Positions 1-12,400 of a stretch of DNA of 64,000 nt are shown here, in pieces. The notes below the pieces were generated by a model. The model had not been told where the DNA came from, ran no database searches, and saw only the letters and a list, made by a program, of their open reading frames with translations. Within the stretch, counting starts at the first letter, position 1, and each line of letters begins with the position of its first letter. This DNA comes from a virus (taxonomy: Duplodnaviria; Caudoviricetes). Location: positions 1 through 64,000 of IMG/VR virus record IMGVR_UViG_2907208306_000002, one strand, 5' to 3'. Both the position numbers and the translations under genes were made by a program.

Positions 1-444
1 TTATTTTTGATCTGATTTTTCTTCACTTTTTGTTTTTAATACACTGATTGCTCTTTTGAATTGTTCTGGCATGGGAAGACCTAGCCTGCCATAGTTTTCT
101 GCTAAACTGATAAGCTCATTTGAAATATAGAAATATGTCGCGCCCACAGCTAAACTCAATGTTCCACTAAGACCAAGAAGTGAATCGATTCTATACAATA
201 CTGCAATTACAGTAAACATGAGAACTTTTTTAAATATGCCCATAAATCCCTTGTTGGAATTTAATCCCTTAGACTTATCAGATGGACTCTTAAACCCTTC
301 ACGGAGGGAGGCTCCAACTCCTGTGAACCAGTCAAGTACAACTAAGATTGCCAATAGGGAAAGGGCTTCATTCCAACCACCAAAAGCGTATGTAACAACT
401 ACACCAAATGATGCAATCAATCCATTTAAAATTTTGTCATACAC
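1..444 (-). CDS. Phage holin (Phage_holin_4/TcdE-like)
   Basis: Hydrophobic segments, DWFTG and NELISLAENYGRLGLPMP motifs. GTG start at 444 after GGAGG. Confidence 0.9.
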   Translation of the reverse strand: MYDKILNGLIASFGVVVTYAFGGWNEALSLLAILVVLDWFTGVGASLREGFKSPSDKSKGLNSNKGFMGIFKKVLMFTVIAVLYRIDSLLGLSGTLSLAVGATYFYISNELISLAENYGRLGLPMPEQFKRAISVLKTKSEEKSDQK

Positions 445-537
445 CGAAGCTTCCTCCAAAATCAAATTAAAAAAGGACTCTCCACAAATGAAGAGCCCTT
501 TAAAGTAAAAACCTATTTTTCTATAATTTTGTGAGTT

Positions 538-598
538 TAAAACCCTTATAAATAAAGGAGTTTTTAACTCGTTATTCTTAATGAAATGTCCATTTTAT
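538..598. repeat. Composite site copy 1: 21-bp element plus 18-bp palindrome
   Basis: TAAAACCCTTATAAATAAAGG at 538-558 and ATGAAA-TGTCCA-TTTTAT at 581-598. Same layout as 18263-18323. Confidence 0.85.
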
Positions 599-649
599 TT
601 TTCCCCCAGGCAACATGCATAAAAACTACGCCTTGCGGCGCTACGCGGA

Positions 650-889
650 TTACAATATATCATTGTACCCTTTTTCATTATCGGGGTCGCTATCCCTAAT
701 TGCCTGTTTTACATCCACCCTGTTTATTAATGCAATTTGAATCACGTCTCCGAATAACTGCAAAAAAGCTGTGACTGGAGTATAAATACCGTAGTAATTA
801 ATTCCGTCATTCCAGGCTATAGATTCTCCTATAATTGGCATCTCACCAACTAAATAATTTCCTCTTAACCACTGTTCAGCTTCTGACAT
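650..889 (-). CDS. Small protein downstream of tail fibre (possible fibre-associated)
   Basis: ORF with GAGGTG RBS; position only. Confidence 0.6.
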   Translation of the reverse strand: MSEAEQWLRGNYLVGEMPIIGESIAWNDGINYYGIYTPVTAFLQLFGDVIQIALINRVDVKQAIRDSDPDNEKGYNDIL

Positions 890-910
890 TATAAAAACAC
901 CTCTCTTTGG

Positions 911-2230
911 TTACTCATAAGCAAAATACGAAACATTATCAGCCACTTTATCATTTCTGTTGTTTGACAAAAAGAGACTTGAGTTATTGAAACCTACGCC
1001 TACATATCCATAATCAGTAATCGCCCCTGAAGGAAAGGTAGTGCCATTTGGGAAAGTCATTTTATAACCGTTGTTGCTTCCTAATCCACTCATATCAAAA
1101 GTTACCATTCCCTGTTTTGGTGTAAATAACAGGGGAATAGACCTTGTCCCTAAAGCCGGAATACTTGAAGTAGTGCCTGAAGCGAATTGTTTGCCAGCTG
1201 CGACTGCAAAGGCATTGTAGATACCAGATGGAAAGTTTTGTACGCTACCAGATGGGACTATGTTAGTTGTAGATCGTTCTGGTAACGTCCCAATTATTAA
1301 CCCCGTGTCTGTGCCAATCGTCTTTCCTGCCCTTACATCACCGGCTACTGCTGTTCCATACTCACCCCCTTCACCCTGTAAGATAAAAGCCGTTCCGTCC
1401 CAGAAAATTGAGTAGACGCTGGCATAGAGTTTAGCATAATTACCATTAGGCTTTTTTATTCCATATGCCGTACCACCATTAATTTTAAGAGTTGGTGTCG
1501 TCGAACTTGCAGCATTAAATTTAATAGTGAATTTTTGGTTAGAATTTATTGCTTCATTTGTTGAAATGCTGTAAACATCCCCGACATTTGTAGTCGTTCC
1601 TAGATGTGGAACATGTTTTGAATTATCCGCCACATGTGTGTCTACTTTGTCATTGACTGACTTAAGGGCATTGGCCGTCGGAGCTTGAGTAATTGATGTG
1701 CTGGTTGTAGTATTGTTAAGTTGGACTACGCCTTTTTGTGTCGTACTGGCGTCCGGGATTGATATATTATTTACTTTACTATTGACTTCGTTGACCGCAT
1801 TTACGAGAGATGTCTTATTAATTGTTGCCAAATCACCCATTACGCCGATATCGTTACGAATTTGTCCTGCGGTAGTCCCATCCATATAATCAATAATATT
1901 TTGCTTCTTTTGTTCGATTGCTATTAACGCTGAATCTTTGCTATTATCTATCTCTTTTTGCTTGTCTGTTATATATCCCTCTACATTGTCTCTGATGAAC
2001 ACTTCCATATTAACTAGTGCATCTTGAAATTTATTCCATTCATCTGCAGCCATCAGCTTCGAGCGTAATTGAGTAGTTAAATTTCCTAATTCGGTTTCTT
2101 CAGAAGGCGTTCTATTCGATTTAAGCTTCAACTCTTGAAATCGCTGTATTGCTGGGACGTCTGATGCTAATATTTCGGTTTTGAACTGAAAGGAATCAAT
2201 TTGTCCTGGGAAGCTTGAAAAACTTGCCAT
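911..2230 (-). CDS. Tail fibre / receptor-binding protein
   Basis: DASTTQKGVVQL tail-fibre repeat, coiled N-terminus, position between baseplate and holin. Confidence 0.85.
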   Translation of the reverse strand: MASFSSFPGQIDSFQFKTEILASDVPAIQRFQELKLKSNRTPSEETELGNLTTQLRSKLMAADEWNKFQDALVNMEVFIRDNVEGYITDKQKEIDNSKDSALIAIEQKKQNIIDYMDGTTAGQIRNDIGVMGDLATINKTSLVNAVNEVNSKVNNISIPDASTTQKGVVQLNNTTTSTSITQAPTANALKSVNDKVDTHVADNSKHVPHLGTTTNVGDVYSISTNEAINSNQKFTIKFNAASSTTPTLKINGGTAYGIKKPNGNYAKLYASVYSIFWDGTAFILQGEGGEYGTAVAGDVRAGKTIGTDTGLIIGTLPERSTTNIVPSGSVQNFPSGIYNAFAVAAGKQFASGTTSSIPALGTRSIPLLFTPKQGMVTFDMSGLGSNNGYKMTFPNGTTFPSGAITDYGYVGVGFNNSSLFLSNNRNDKVADNVSYFAYE

Positions 2231-3069
2231 TAAACAACCTCCTTAATATTCATATTAACTAGATCTATTTCCTTATTTGTCTCCAAATAAAAAAACTCCT
2301 GAAAGTTTTCGGGAGTAAAGTTTTTCTTTCCATATATTGAGTGAAATTTATTGTGTATTTCTTTGTTTAATGGAACGCCTAAACCATAATTAAAATTTAT
2401 TTCAGCACATACCTTTTTTAGATTTTCTAATTCATACTCACTGTAAAGACTAATGTCATTACATATATTTAGTTTAAGACGACTAACTGTTTCGTTTATG
2501 ATAGAAGCAAAAGGGTAAAGATGATGAACAATCAGATCTTTTGAGGTATTGCTTATTATACATTTATATTTAAATGAAAATAGACTTTTATTTTTCCAAT
2601 CATCTAATATTGATGCGCGTAAATAATGATTTAAGTTTGTAGTTCCTGTCCAATTCGGATGATTAGTACCAGACATTAAAGATAAAGTTTCCTTTCTTTT
2701 GCATCCACATGATGTCGTATGTCCAGATGATATATCGTAAGCAGCCACTTCAATTATGTTTCCACAGGAACATAAACATTTCCAAAGAACACCATTTGAA
2801 CTTCTATTTTTAGTTTTTTCAATTACTGATAATCGCCCAAATATTTTACCATTTAAATCTAAAGATCTTCTTTCCGATGTTATTTCTCGCTTTAAGCAAC
2901 CACAGGAATTTGTTAGACCACTAATTAGACTTGTTGATGCAATTTCTTTTATTTTCCCACAATCACAAATGCACTTCCAATGAGCGCCTTTTTTCTTTTT
3001 AACTTCAGATAGTTCTATCGCCACTAATCTACCAAATCTCTGATTTTTAATATCTCTAATTATCCCAAT
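2230..3069 (-). CDS. HNH homing-endonuclease-like protein with FGRL..WKCxCxCG repeats
   Basis: Two FGRL/WKCxCxCG/SCGC repeats plus C-terminal LIVHHL...HNKFHSIYG. Frame is open to ATT at 3069 behind a GAGGTG RBS. Confidence 0.8.
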   Translation of the reverse strand: MGIIRDIKNQRFGRLVAIELSEVKKKKGAHWKCICDCGKIKEIASTSLISGLTNSCGCLKREITSERRSLDLNGKIFGRLSVIEKTKNRSSNGVLWKCLCSCGNIIEVAAYDISSGHTTSCGCKRKETLSLMSGTNHPNWTGTTNLNHYLRASILDDWKNKSLFSFKYKCIISNTSKDLIVHHLYPFASIINETVSRLKLNICNDISLYSEYELENLKKVCAEINFNYGLGVPLNKEIHNKFHSIYGKKNFTPENFQEFFYLETNKEIDLVNMNIKEVV

Positions 3070-4076
3070 TAAACCACCTCTGCGAAAATATTCATGTCAC
3101 TAAAAATTTGTTGAATGCATACAAAAAAACTAGTCCCAGTAACTATTAGACTAGTGTTGTGTGAACGGTATCCAAATGCATCTTTAAAAACGTGAAATTT
3201 ATTATCTTGACTCCAATACTGCAACGATATCGTCCCATTGATACCTTTTATAACGAAAAGATCTGTGTCCGGTTTTATATTAGTCATCCAAATTTTAATT
3301 GTGAAATCACCGCTTAAACTAAATCCCTCAGAAAAACTAAAAGTATCATCAGTTAGATCAATGAATTCGCCACTAAGATATATTGGACTCTTTGTAGTAG
3401 AGCCTATAATTTGTACAGTATTCCAGGAAATCTTCATTCCCGAATTATCAACATTTTCAGCAGTTAAATTAACCTTGATGTCTGGCTGCTGATACTGTAC
3501 TTTAAATTGTATTAGCCCAGTAGTATTTGTTAATCCTTTTGCGCTGGTTGCCTGTGTTTCTATGTAATATGTGTTTCCACTCTGTAAATTCTCAATTAAT
3601 AAACTAATATCTGGATTAGTACTAATTGGTGACTGATAAATCTTATTCTTGTTAATGTCATATAGATACATTACCCATGATCTAATTGCAATACTTTCTA
3701 GCTGAGTATATGTTGCCGTAAAAGAGTAGGAGGGCGAACCTACAGTATCAATACTATTCATTGTTACCACTGGTTTACTTGAAGTCTGAAATATATCAAA
3801 ATCCGATGTAATTGAAGAGTTAGATTGATTCCATATAATAATCTGTATTTTGAACTCAAGACCATTGGAAATTGAGTTCTTAGGTACAACGTGGTTTTGA
3901 GCATAAGAAGTTATCTTGTTACTATCGTACACGAGTGCATTATCTGCATTTTTGTAGATCTTTACTTGGTAGGCTACGCTTAGATCGCCCGAAACTTGCC
4001 ATGAAACTAAAATAGGATCAGCACTGTCAAGTGTCTGACCTCTGATATTAATATTAAATGGTTTTTGTAATGCCAT
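3069..4076 (-). CDS. Baseplate/tail-tip protein (beta-rich, FN3-like)
   Basis: Position; VSWQ..YQVKIY and LQSGNTYYIE FN3-like patterns. Confidence 0.65.
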   Translation of the reverse strand: MALQKPFNINIRGQTLDSADPILVSWQVSGDLSVAYQVKIYKNADNALVYDSNKITSYAQNHVVPKNSISNGLEFKIQIIIWNQSNSSITSDFDIFQTSSKPVVTMNSIDTVGSPSYSFTATYTQLESIAIRSWVMYLYDINKNKIYQSPISTNPDISLLIENLQSGNTYYIETQATSAKGLTNTTGLIQFKVQYQQPDIKVNLTAENVDNSGMKISWNTVQIIGSTTKSPIYLSGEFIDLTDDTFSFSEGFSLSGDFTIKIWMTNIKPDTDLFVIKGINGTISLQYWSQDNKFHVFKDAFGYRSHNTSLIVTGTSFFVCIQQIFSDMNIFAEVV

Positions 4077-4088
4077 TTATTCACATCC

Positions 4089-4370
4089 TTAAATTCCACG
4101 TTTACATAAAGCAAACTTATCCTTCGAATCACCGTTAACGAAAATTACATAAATATGATCGCCAGGTTTAAAGGCGACATCAGGATTGCAGGGTATTGTT
4201 TGTGATGATGTCGAGCCATCGATAAACACATTGATCTTTTTAGTACTAACTATTGAATCAACAGTCCCCAAGTGCCATTCTCCGCTTAATAAGCCTAAGT
4301 TTCTTATTTCAGTTCTGACTATTTCAGATATTAATTTATATACATATTCTTTTCCATTTGATTCGTTCAT
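4089..4370 (-). CDS. Small baseplate spike-like protein
   Basis: GTVDS..FKPGDHIYVIF OB-fold-like pattern; position. Confidence 0.55.
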   Translation of the reverse strand: MNESNGKEYVYKLISEIVRTEIRNLGLLSGEWHLGTVDSIVSTKKINVFIDGSTSSQTIPCNPDVAFKPGDHIYVIFVNGDSKDKFALCKRGI

Positions 4371-5561
4371 TTAAGCCTCCATTGGAATGAAGTCCCAGTT
4401 ATCAATAACTTTTCTATATTTAATGCATTCGCAACTCATCAAATCAGGTTTAAGAGGAAGCGAAAAACTTTCTAATAAATACTTTCCTGAAACATTGTTC
4501 TCTGGATCATCGATTTCAATGACATCATAAACGTCATGGAGATAGTTAGGACTAATGGATAGGGATAGTTTCTCTGCGTAACCTAATCTCGCTCGCAATT
4601 CAAACTTAGCCCTCCAGAAACACTCATCTTTGGTTGTTAGAAGACCATCAGGATTACCATCATTATGAAGGTAAAGGATGTCGCCCAGTCTTTCTATGCT
4701 ATAAGGACTATCTTTCCAGATGGTTTTCGTCTCAGTGACAACTAATTCATAACTACAAGTGGCGGTTTGAGAAGAGCCTCCACAAACATAGATATGATTG
4801 GCTAATTGGGACTCATCCATTTTTCTAACATTTCCAGCGTAGAAACGTTCGTTTGGATCATTATACTTATATGACCACGTTACTGGCTGGGAGTCAAAAT
4901 CATTAAGATCAATTTTCTTTAATCTTAAAAATCCAAAGACATCGTAATATACTTGGCATTTTGCCAATAATGCTAAGTCTGATATTGCTTGATACAGGTT
5001 GTCATTCGGTTGATAAGTTAATGTATAGGGAACGGTTTCCGTTACCGTATCAAAGTTAAATTGAGTCTCACCCGTCTTGGCTGCAAGAGTTTTAATTGCT
5101 GTACCAATATTTACTCCAACTTCAACGGTGGTTTCAAACTTAAATTTTCCTCGCTTATCTGTGTAAAGAAACATCTTATCTTGACCCGAGACAACTGTCT
5201 TCTTACCGTCTTGTGTGTGGCTATCTTGTGGTTCAGACAGTATAAATACACCTTGTGGTATATATTCAATATTTCCGTTTCTTAATTTCAGACCTGTATA
5301 GGTCTTAACACGTTTATCAATCCAAAGAAGCTTATCTTCGCCCCAAGTGAACTCATTGTTCTTATTTAATAGAGTAAAGGAAAAATTCCTACGAATTGGG
5401 CGAGAAGAATCCACAGAAATTGAACCAATATCATCATTTGTAATCTGCTTTGTAAATTCATTTATGTAATTCATCTTTGAGTCATAGAACTCGAACTTTA
5501 AAAACGCTTGTTTAATAGGAGACTTCATTGCTGTGAGAAAATCTTGTGAGCAAGGGATCAT
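4371..5561 (-). CDS. Baseplate hub/tail-tip protein (YomG-like)
   Basis: GSISVD..RRNF, IPQGVF, YYDVFGFL motifs; position after distal tail. Confidence 0.7.
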   Translation of the reverse strand: MIPCSQDFLTAMKSPIKQAFLKFEFYDSKMNYINEFTKQITNDDIGSISVDSSRPIRRNFSFTLLNKNNEFTWGEDKLLWIDKRVKTYTGLKLRNGNIEYIPQGVFILSEPQDSHTQDGKKTVVSGQDKMFLYTDKRGKFKFETTVEVGVNIGTAIKTLAAKTGETQFNFDTVTETVPYTLTYQPNDNLYQAISDLALLAKCQVYYDVFGFLRLKKIDLNDFDSQPVTWSYKYNDPNERFYAGNVRKMDESQLANHIYVCGGSSQTATCSYELVVTETKTIWKDSPYSIERLGDILYLHNDGNPDGLLTTKDECFWRAKFELRARLGYAEKLSLSISPNYLHDVYDVIEIDDPENNVSGKYLLESFSLPLKPDLMSCECIKYRKVIDNWDFIPMEA

Positions 5562-6427
5562 TAAATAACCCCTTTCACATAATCTTCGTAGTTGCCAATC
5601 TCCATGAAATCAAAAATTATTGTTTTATAATCATAATCACCCCATGTATTTTGAGGAGAAGTGGCTCTAGGGTTACTAATGTCGCATACAAAAACTCTTC
5701 CATCATCAGATTTAACTAAGAAGGGTTTATGATTATAAATAAAATTGTTTAAAACCTCTTCATAATCAAGCCCTGATCGACTGAAATCTTCTGGAATTAA
5801 AACGGTAGAGAGTGAGAAAGATTCGTAATTTTTTTCTGAATAGAATACAGAAGGATACTTACTCAATGTCTCGATGACAGTTCTACCTTGATTCAATTGA
5901 GTTTCAACTTCACCAATTTTATCAATAGCTTGATCAAATCCGAGCACATTGTTTGTGTCTTTATCTACAACCCACCAACCAACAAAATCTGATTTCGCCT
6001 GAACTTCAACTGCTTTTCCGTCTAACATATTTTCAGCAAGTGGAACAATGCTATAAATTAAGTCTGTATTGGGTTGCGTATAGTCCGTATATTCAATCTT
6101 TACGTTGTTTTGAAAGGGGACAGTAGCAAGCGTGTATGAATTCAATTCATTTGCTTTTCTACGCTTAATCATAAAGGATACAATTTTCAATCCATTATTA
6201 TTGATATTCCCTCCTTCAAGGTCGCCCATGAATTTGAATATCGCACGAGTATCAATTTGCCAATCTTCTTTTTCTTTTGTAGTGGACACAGTTGAGTCTG
6301 TGGCTTCACGTATCTCTAATTCATCATATACACCATTCTTTAATTCTCCATAAAAGATGTCTTTTACTGCACTTCCAGGACTTCTGAAAAAGTGTGTCCC
6401 ATAAAAGTCATATCCCATTATTGCCAT
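5561..6427 (-). CDS. Distal tail protein (YomH-like)
   Basis: Directly follows TMP; TLSKYP and KPFLVKSDDGR motifs. Confidence 0.65.
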   Translation of the reverse strand: MAIMGYDFYGTHFFRSPGSAVKDIFYGELKNGVYDELEIREATDSTVSTTKEKEDWQIDTRAIFKFMGDLEGGNINNNGLKIVSFMIKRRKANELNSYTLATVPFQNNVKIEYTDYTQPNTDLIYSIVPLAENMLDGKAVEVQAKSDFVGWWVVDKDTNNVLGFDQAIDKIGEVETQLNQGRTVIETLSKYPSVFYSEKNYESFSLSTVLIPEDFSRSGLDYEEVLNNFIYNHKPFLVKSDDGRVFVCDISNPRATSPQNTWGDYDYKTIIFDFMEIGNYEDYVKGVI

Positions 6428-6444
6428 TTAATCACCGCCAATTT

Positions 6445-6480
6445 AAAAAGAGTAAGGAGGGGAGAGTGCCCCACCTTACT
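6445..6480 (-). terminator. Intrinsic-terminator-like hairpin at TMP stop
   Basis: AGTAAGGTGGGG-CACTCT-CCCCTCCTTACT followed by CTTTTT on the minus strand. Confidence 0.6.
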
Positions 6481-9400
6481 TTCTATTTGAAGCAATATGT
6501 GTTTCTAAACCTTTGAAAAATTCCATTGGGTTATTTGCTTTTACCGTAATATCGCCAGAGAATGTATAACTTGTTCCTGAGTTCGTTGCAACGGTTGGAG
6601 TATTTAAGCGAATATTCGACATTGTGTTTTTAATTCCGCTTGTAAGTGATTCGATAATTGCTCTAGGTTGAGTAATAATATCCTTTAGTTTCTTTTTATG
6701 TTCTTCTGTTAATACTAACTCTCCTAGTTTAAGGATGGCAGGAACTTCACCCTTAGCCAGAGGTTCTTTCCCGACTTCTCCTCCAGTATGGTACTTCCTT
6801 GTTTTAAACGATGCATTATACTCAATTGCTGCTAACGTCTCATCTGAGATTTTATTTCCGTCGATACTTACTAAGTTATTGATGTAATCTGCAGCAGCTT
6901 TTCCTGCAGATGTCGAGGTGTCGATCTTAGAAATAGCATCAGATTTTGCAGACGAGAGTGACCCAGAAGAACTTTTGGAACTTGAACTACCTCCAGACCT
7001 TGATCCTCCACCACCAGACGAACCAATGGAACCCATAGAAGCAGCCAAAGAAGCCATCTGAGCATATAATGCTTGCAGTTGTGATAACTTAGATGATACC
7101 TCACTAATATAAATGTCCCATTTTTGAAGCGATGAAGCTTGCCAGCCATCAACCACCAATTGCAAGAGTTTAGATCCTTCGTCAGCAGAAATAGAACCAT
7201 CCTCTAATCCCTTTTGAAGCGCTTCTTGAAATTGAGTTAATTTAGCTTGTGTATCAGTAACTGATTGTTGATAAAGCGATGAGAGACTGGATTGATACAA
7301 CTTCATTGCCTCAAGATTTTGCTGATGGATTTCTTTTGTCCTATCTAACTTGTCTTGAAGAATTTGTATTGTATCATTTTTCTCTTTCTGCAAACGGTCG
7401 ATTTCATCCTGAATTGCTTGCTTAACATCATCTCGCTCATATTGTTTAACAAGATCGTCTTTTTGTTTCTCTAATTCATCAACACGGGCTTTATCATAAG
7501 TTAAAATCTCTTCGCCAGCTTGGTTGATATATGAAAAACGTTTATCTTTTTTAACTTTATTGATCTCATCGTTAAGTTCTTGAAGCTTCTTGATTCTGTC
7601 TTCCTTGTTGTACTGTTCATCAAGATTTTTCAATATCTCTTGTTGCTTTTCAATTTGGCTGTCATAATACTTCCCAGTATTGTTAATATAATCTGAAATT
7701 GCATCTTCTTCTTTTTGATATTGCAGTTCAGTATCTCGAATTGCATCGTTCATATCATTAATCTTGTTTTTTAAATCAGCGACAAGATTAATTTGTGACT
7801 TAATCTGATTGCTCAAGTCAGACATATTGCTAAAGTTTACATCGCTTAAATCTATTGTATAGTTAAGTGCAGTTTTTACTTCATTGGCAATATCTCTAAC
7901 TTTAGATGCATAGTCCTGAAGATTGGAACGAGTTTGAGAGGTAGTATCTACAAAGTTAACACCGCCACTAAATACTCCATCAACTTTATCTAGGGAAACT
8001 AAAATTGAATCAACGGAGTCATCAAACTCACCAGCATCGAATATTTCTCCAAGATCGAGAGAAGACTTCATTCGGTCAAATACGGTCGTAAGCTTATCAC
8101 TTGCCATTTCATAAAGTGACTTTGTGACATCTTTTATGGACTTGTCGTAATTGACCATATCAATAGTTAGTTGTTGTATTCTTTCACTCTTAGTTTTATA
8201 CTGGTCACTTTCTTTGGGAAGTGTGGAGAGTTGTTGTAATGCTAATGTGAGCTCCTCATTCGCTAATTCTTTCTGTTTACTGATAAGAGGAATTTGTTTC
8301 ATTAGTTCATCACTATACTCTGAAGAAGATTCACTCATGAGTGAGAGTTTAGCTGATGAAATTTCAAGTTGGTCTCCAACACTATTAATTTTACTTACAT
8401 ATTCGTCAAGTTGGCTTTCTCCAATAGCAAATATCTTTTCCTGTTTTTGCTGTTCAATTTCGATCCATTTGCGACTATTGTCAGCAATTTGTTTATCAAA
8501 TTCTCCAGAAGTTATTTTCTTATCATTAACAAGTTTTTTTATGTTGTCGTTGCTTGCATGCAACTCTTTTTGCTGATCTTCTAGTGCTTTGATTTGAGTT
8601 TGCTCTTCATTGCGCCATTGTTGAGATATTTGAGAATATTTAGATTGTTTTGTTTGAGAGTTAGCAATTAGCGTATCTAGGTTTTCGAGCTTGCCCTGAG
8701 ACTCTTTTACAAAATCATTGATGTAGGCAATACGATTCTGATATTGCTTTAATTCATTATCAGATAACTGTTGTTCAGCGTCTGCCTTCGCATTAATTTT
8801 CTCACTTTGTGAAGGATTCTTGGTTGATGTCTTCGTGCCGCTTGAACTCGAAGAGGCGGAAGATACACTACTTGAGCCACCACCACTAACAACTCTTCTT
8901 GCTCCATCGTATTTATAAGTTTCCGTCCATGTTTTACTGTTTAGATTTTGTTCACTCAAACCATGGTTGCCCATTTGGAGGAACTTGCCGTTTCCAGTAT
9001 AAACACCAACATGCGAAGCCGTCTTTCCAGTGGTATTAAAGAATACGAGGTCACCAGGCTGCAAATCCGCCTTATCGACTTTAGTACCTGTTTTAAATTG
9101 CGCAGCCGCTGTACGGGGGAGATTTACATCTGCAAACTGCTTAAACATCTCCTGAACAAACTGAGAACAGTCAGAAAGTGCTCTGTTTACAAACTGGTCA
9201 TATGTTCCCTTGAATTCGCCGGTAATTTGTTTATAAGTAAGTTTTCCTTGAAGTCCTCTGCCATTAGCTATCAGATTATCGATGCTTGATGAAGGAGCAG
9301 AAGAATTAGAGGGAGCGCTATTGGAAGTACCAGACGGAACTTTAGTTGAAGTTGTAACCTTTTGCGATACGAGTTTTGAAGGATCGGCAATTCCTTCTTT

Positions 9401-12400
9401 TAAAAGCTCTGCTTGTTGTTGCAACAGTTTATTTTCTTGCTCAATTGAGTTTCGATATTCCTTCGAACCTTGTTTTAATCTGGATCGTTTATTATCTAGG
9501 TCGCTCAATTCTTTTTTAACTGCAGCCAATCTCTTTTGAGTTTCGGTTAGAAGTTCATTAGTTTCGCTGATTGTATCGTTTGATTGCTTTTGTTGCTTAT
9601 CGGCTTGAGCTGAGGTAGCGGAAAGATCGCTCCTAGCACCTTTAAGAATGTTTAATTGAGTCTCAAGACCATTTAAATTGTCGATCTCAGCTTGAAGAGA
9701 CAAACTTGTTGTATCTCCAATGCGTCTAATGCCAGCGATTTGCCTTTCTGCTTCGCGGTCAGAAATTTGTCCACTAGCAACCATTTCATTAAGTTCATCA
9801 ATACGCTGATTAACTCTTTCTTCGCTTACCTTTTTAAGTGCATTATATTCTTCTTCGAGGGCAGCAATTCTAATTTTCGAGTTACTGATTGCGGACTCCG
9901 TTTTCTTGATTTCGCTATCAAAGAATTCAAATTTTTCTTCTTTTTTTGCTTTAAGGAACTCAAGAACTTTATCTTTACTTAGCCCAGTAACTTTAACAAA
10001 ATCACCATACATTTTATTCAGTTTTGAAACTGTGCTAGTTGATAACGTATTATTCTTAGATAGTTCTCCCTGAGCATCGGTCAATAGTTCAATTTCTGAC
10101 TTAGAACTAGTAATGCTCTCGGCAAGTTTATCGAAATCAGTCGAAGAACCTTGAACAAGATTTGAAATGCTGTTATTAGCGGAGTTTGCTTTCTCGGCAA
10201 TATTATTCAGGCTATTGATAATCTCTGAATTACCCTGAATAGAAGGAATCTGTTTAAGCTCATCAACGACTGCCTGAATATTGCTTCCATCGAAATTACG
10301 AACGACATTTTGAATCTCGACCATACTTTCTTGGAAGTCTTTCGTTGGTTGGGATGAGAAGACACCAGTTAAATTATCAAACAGTTTTGTTTGCTCGTCA
10401 GTGTAATTTTTAACTGCAGCAGATTGCGTCTTGAAAGTATTGATTACTTTTTGATTGCGAAGACTCTCACCATCATTAATTTTGTCCATTAAAGGCTGGA
10501 TTTCGCTAATCTTACTTTCAACCTGTTCCAGAGCCTTTAACCATTCTTCATTTGTTTTGGGTAATGTGCCCATGCTACTGAAGAAATCTTTATAATCATC
10601 TACATTAAGCTTATTGTGGTTGTAAATTTTGTCCTGCAAATCAAGCAAGGTCTTATAATATTCAACCAGACTCATATCCTTAGCTTTAAATGCAGGATTG
10701 TCAATAATTTTATATCCGCCTTCAGCAGAACGATTACTTAGTTTTCCACTCAATACAGGCGATGCAAACTTTTTATCATTGAGCGCGTTGACGATAATGT
10801 CATTGGACTTAATTTGTTCATCTAATTTCTTGCCACTTAGACCTTCAATTAACTTTGCTTGTTCTTCATATTTACCATTAACTAAATCGATTCCTTTGGC
10901 CTCTTCACCAAAACTATCAATCAATTGGCTCTGTAATTCAAACATCTTATCCTTGACGTTCGCGTCCGTTTCAATTGCATTGTGGTTTTCTTTATAATAC
11001 GAAGATACTTCATCTAACGTGCTAGAAAGTTTTGAGTACTTATTGTCGGTATCATCAATCAATTGCTTAGTTTTTTCCAATGAACCGTTCCAATTAGATG
11101 AAACAGTATATAATACTGAAATCCCCGTAGCAATAAGTCCAAATAAACCCAATGCTCTCTGTAACCCGGTCATCGCAACAGCTGTAGTTTCAGCTGCGGT
11201 TGTAGTTGCTTGAAGGGCGGTTCTTGTTGTAAATAATGCAGCAACTGCGGAGGAGAGTGAGGTTATGGTGGATGCTACCGCTTTTGATTTAAATGTTAAG
11301 AAAATTCCAGTAGCTAATATGAGAACATTTCCAATATCACCAAAAACTCCTACTAGCTTTGTTCCTAGATCAATAAGCGATTTTAACCAAGCCGAATCGA
11401 TACTATTACTCCAAAATTCAGATACAGTGTTCTTAAACACAGCAACATGGCCCTGCATGGATTCCATGTATTTTTCATTTTCTCTAGCAGCAGATCCAAA
11501 TGAATTTAATCCGGCCTGTAAAGCTCCTTCAGCATCCTGCCAGTTGTTCAACATACTTGCAACAACGTTACCTTGTAGTTTGCCAGCTACTAATTCCAGG
11601 ATATCGGCACGGTTGAAATCAGAGAGGGTACCCCATACTTTAGCCAAGTCACTGAAGATATCATATGTACTCTTAAACGTATTATCATTTTTCTTTAGTG
11701 TAAGACCAATGGAATTAAATTTCTTTTCCATTGACGGTAACAATGCAGTTAGATCTTCGCCATCTTCTGAGACACCACGAATACGCATAGAGACGGTTTT
11801 GAGGGCATTTCCGACTTTGGCGGGGTCCTGTACTGTCGAATTGGCAGCGGTAATCATGGCTACTGACTCTTCAATAGTGTTACCAGCCTCAGATAAAGAG
11901 GAGGCCGAACGCTTCATTGCTTCACCAATACCGGCAGAACTGATTGCGAATTTATTACCAACTTCATTGTAGACATCGACAACGTGTGAGATGTTCTTTC
12001 CTTGATTATCAACCTCGACACCAAAACCCTTGATGGTTGCAATGAGTGCCTCAGATGCGTCCTCAGCAGTTTTAATATCGCCAACATTTTGGTATACGGT
12101 TGTCTGCTTGGCTAACTGCTGAGATTGTTGAATAGTATAGCCCAATCTTGCCCACATAGTCGTAGACTTAATAACATCAAGTGTTAATGCACCGATTTCA
12201 TTTGCCGTGTTAGATGCTGAGTCGATAAAACTTTTATAAGTTGAATCTGTCTCGTCAGTTACCTTTTTCAGGTCGGTCATTGCAGTATCTAAATCATAAA
12301 CATACTGAATACCATTTTGAAGTGCGTGAAGCGGAGCATATATAGCCGTAGCAGCTACCATCCAGATCGGGAATTTCTGCATTGCAGTCGACAGTGCTTC

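Noticed and set aside
617-2230. Diversity-generating retroelement or shufflon at the tail fibre
   Set aside because: No reverse transcriptase, template repeat or alternative fibre C-termini seen.
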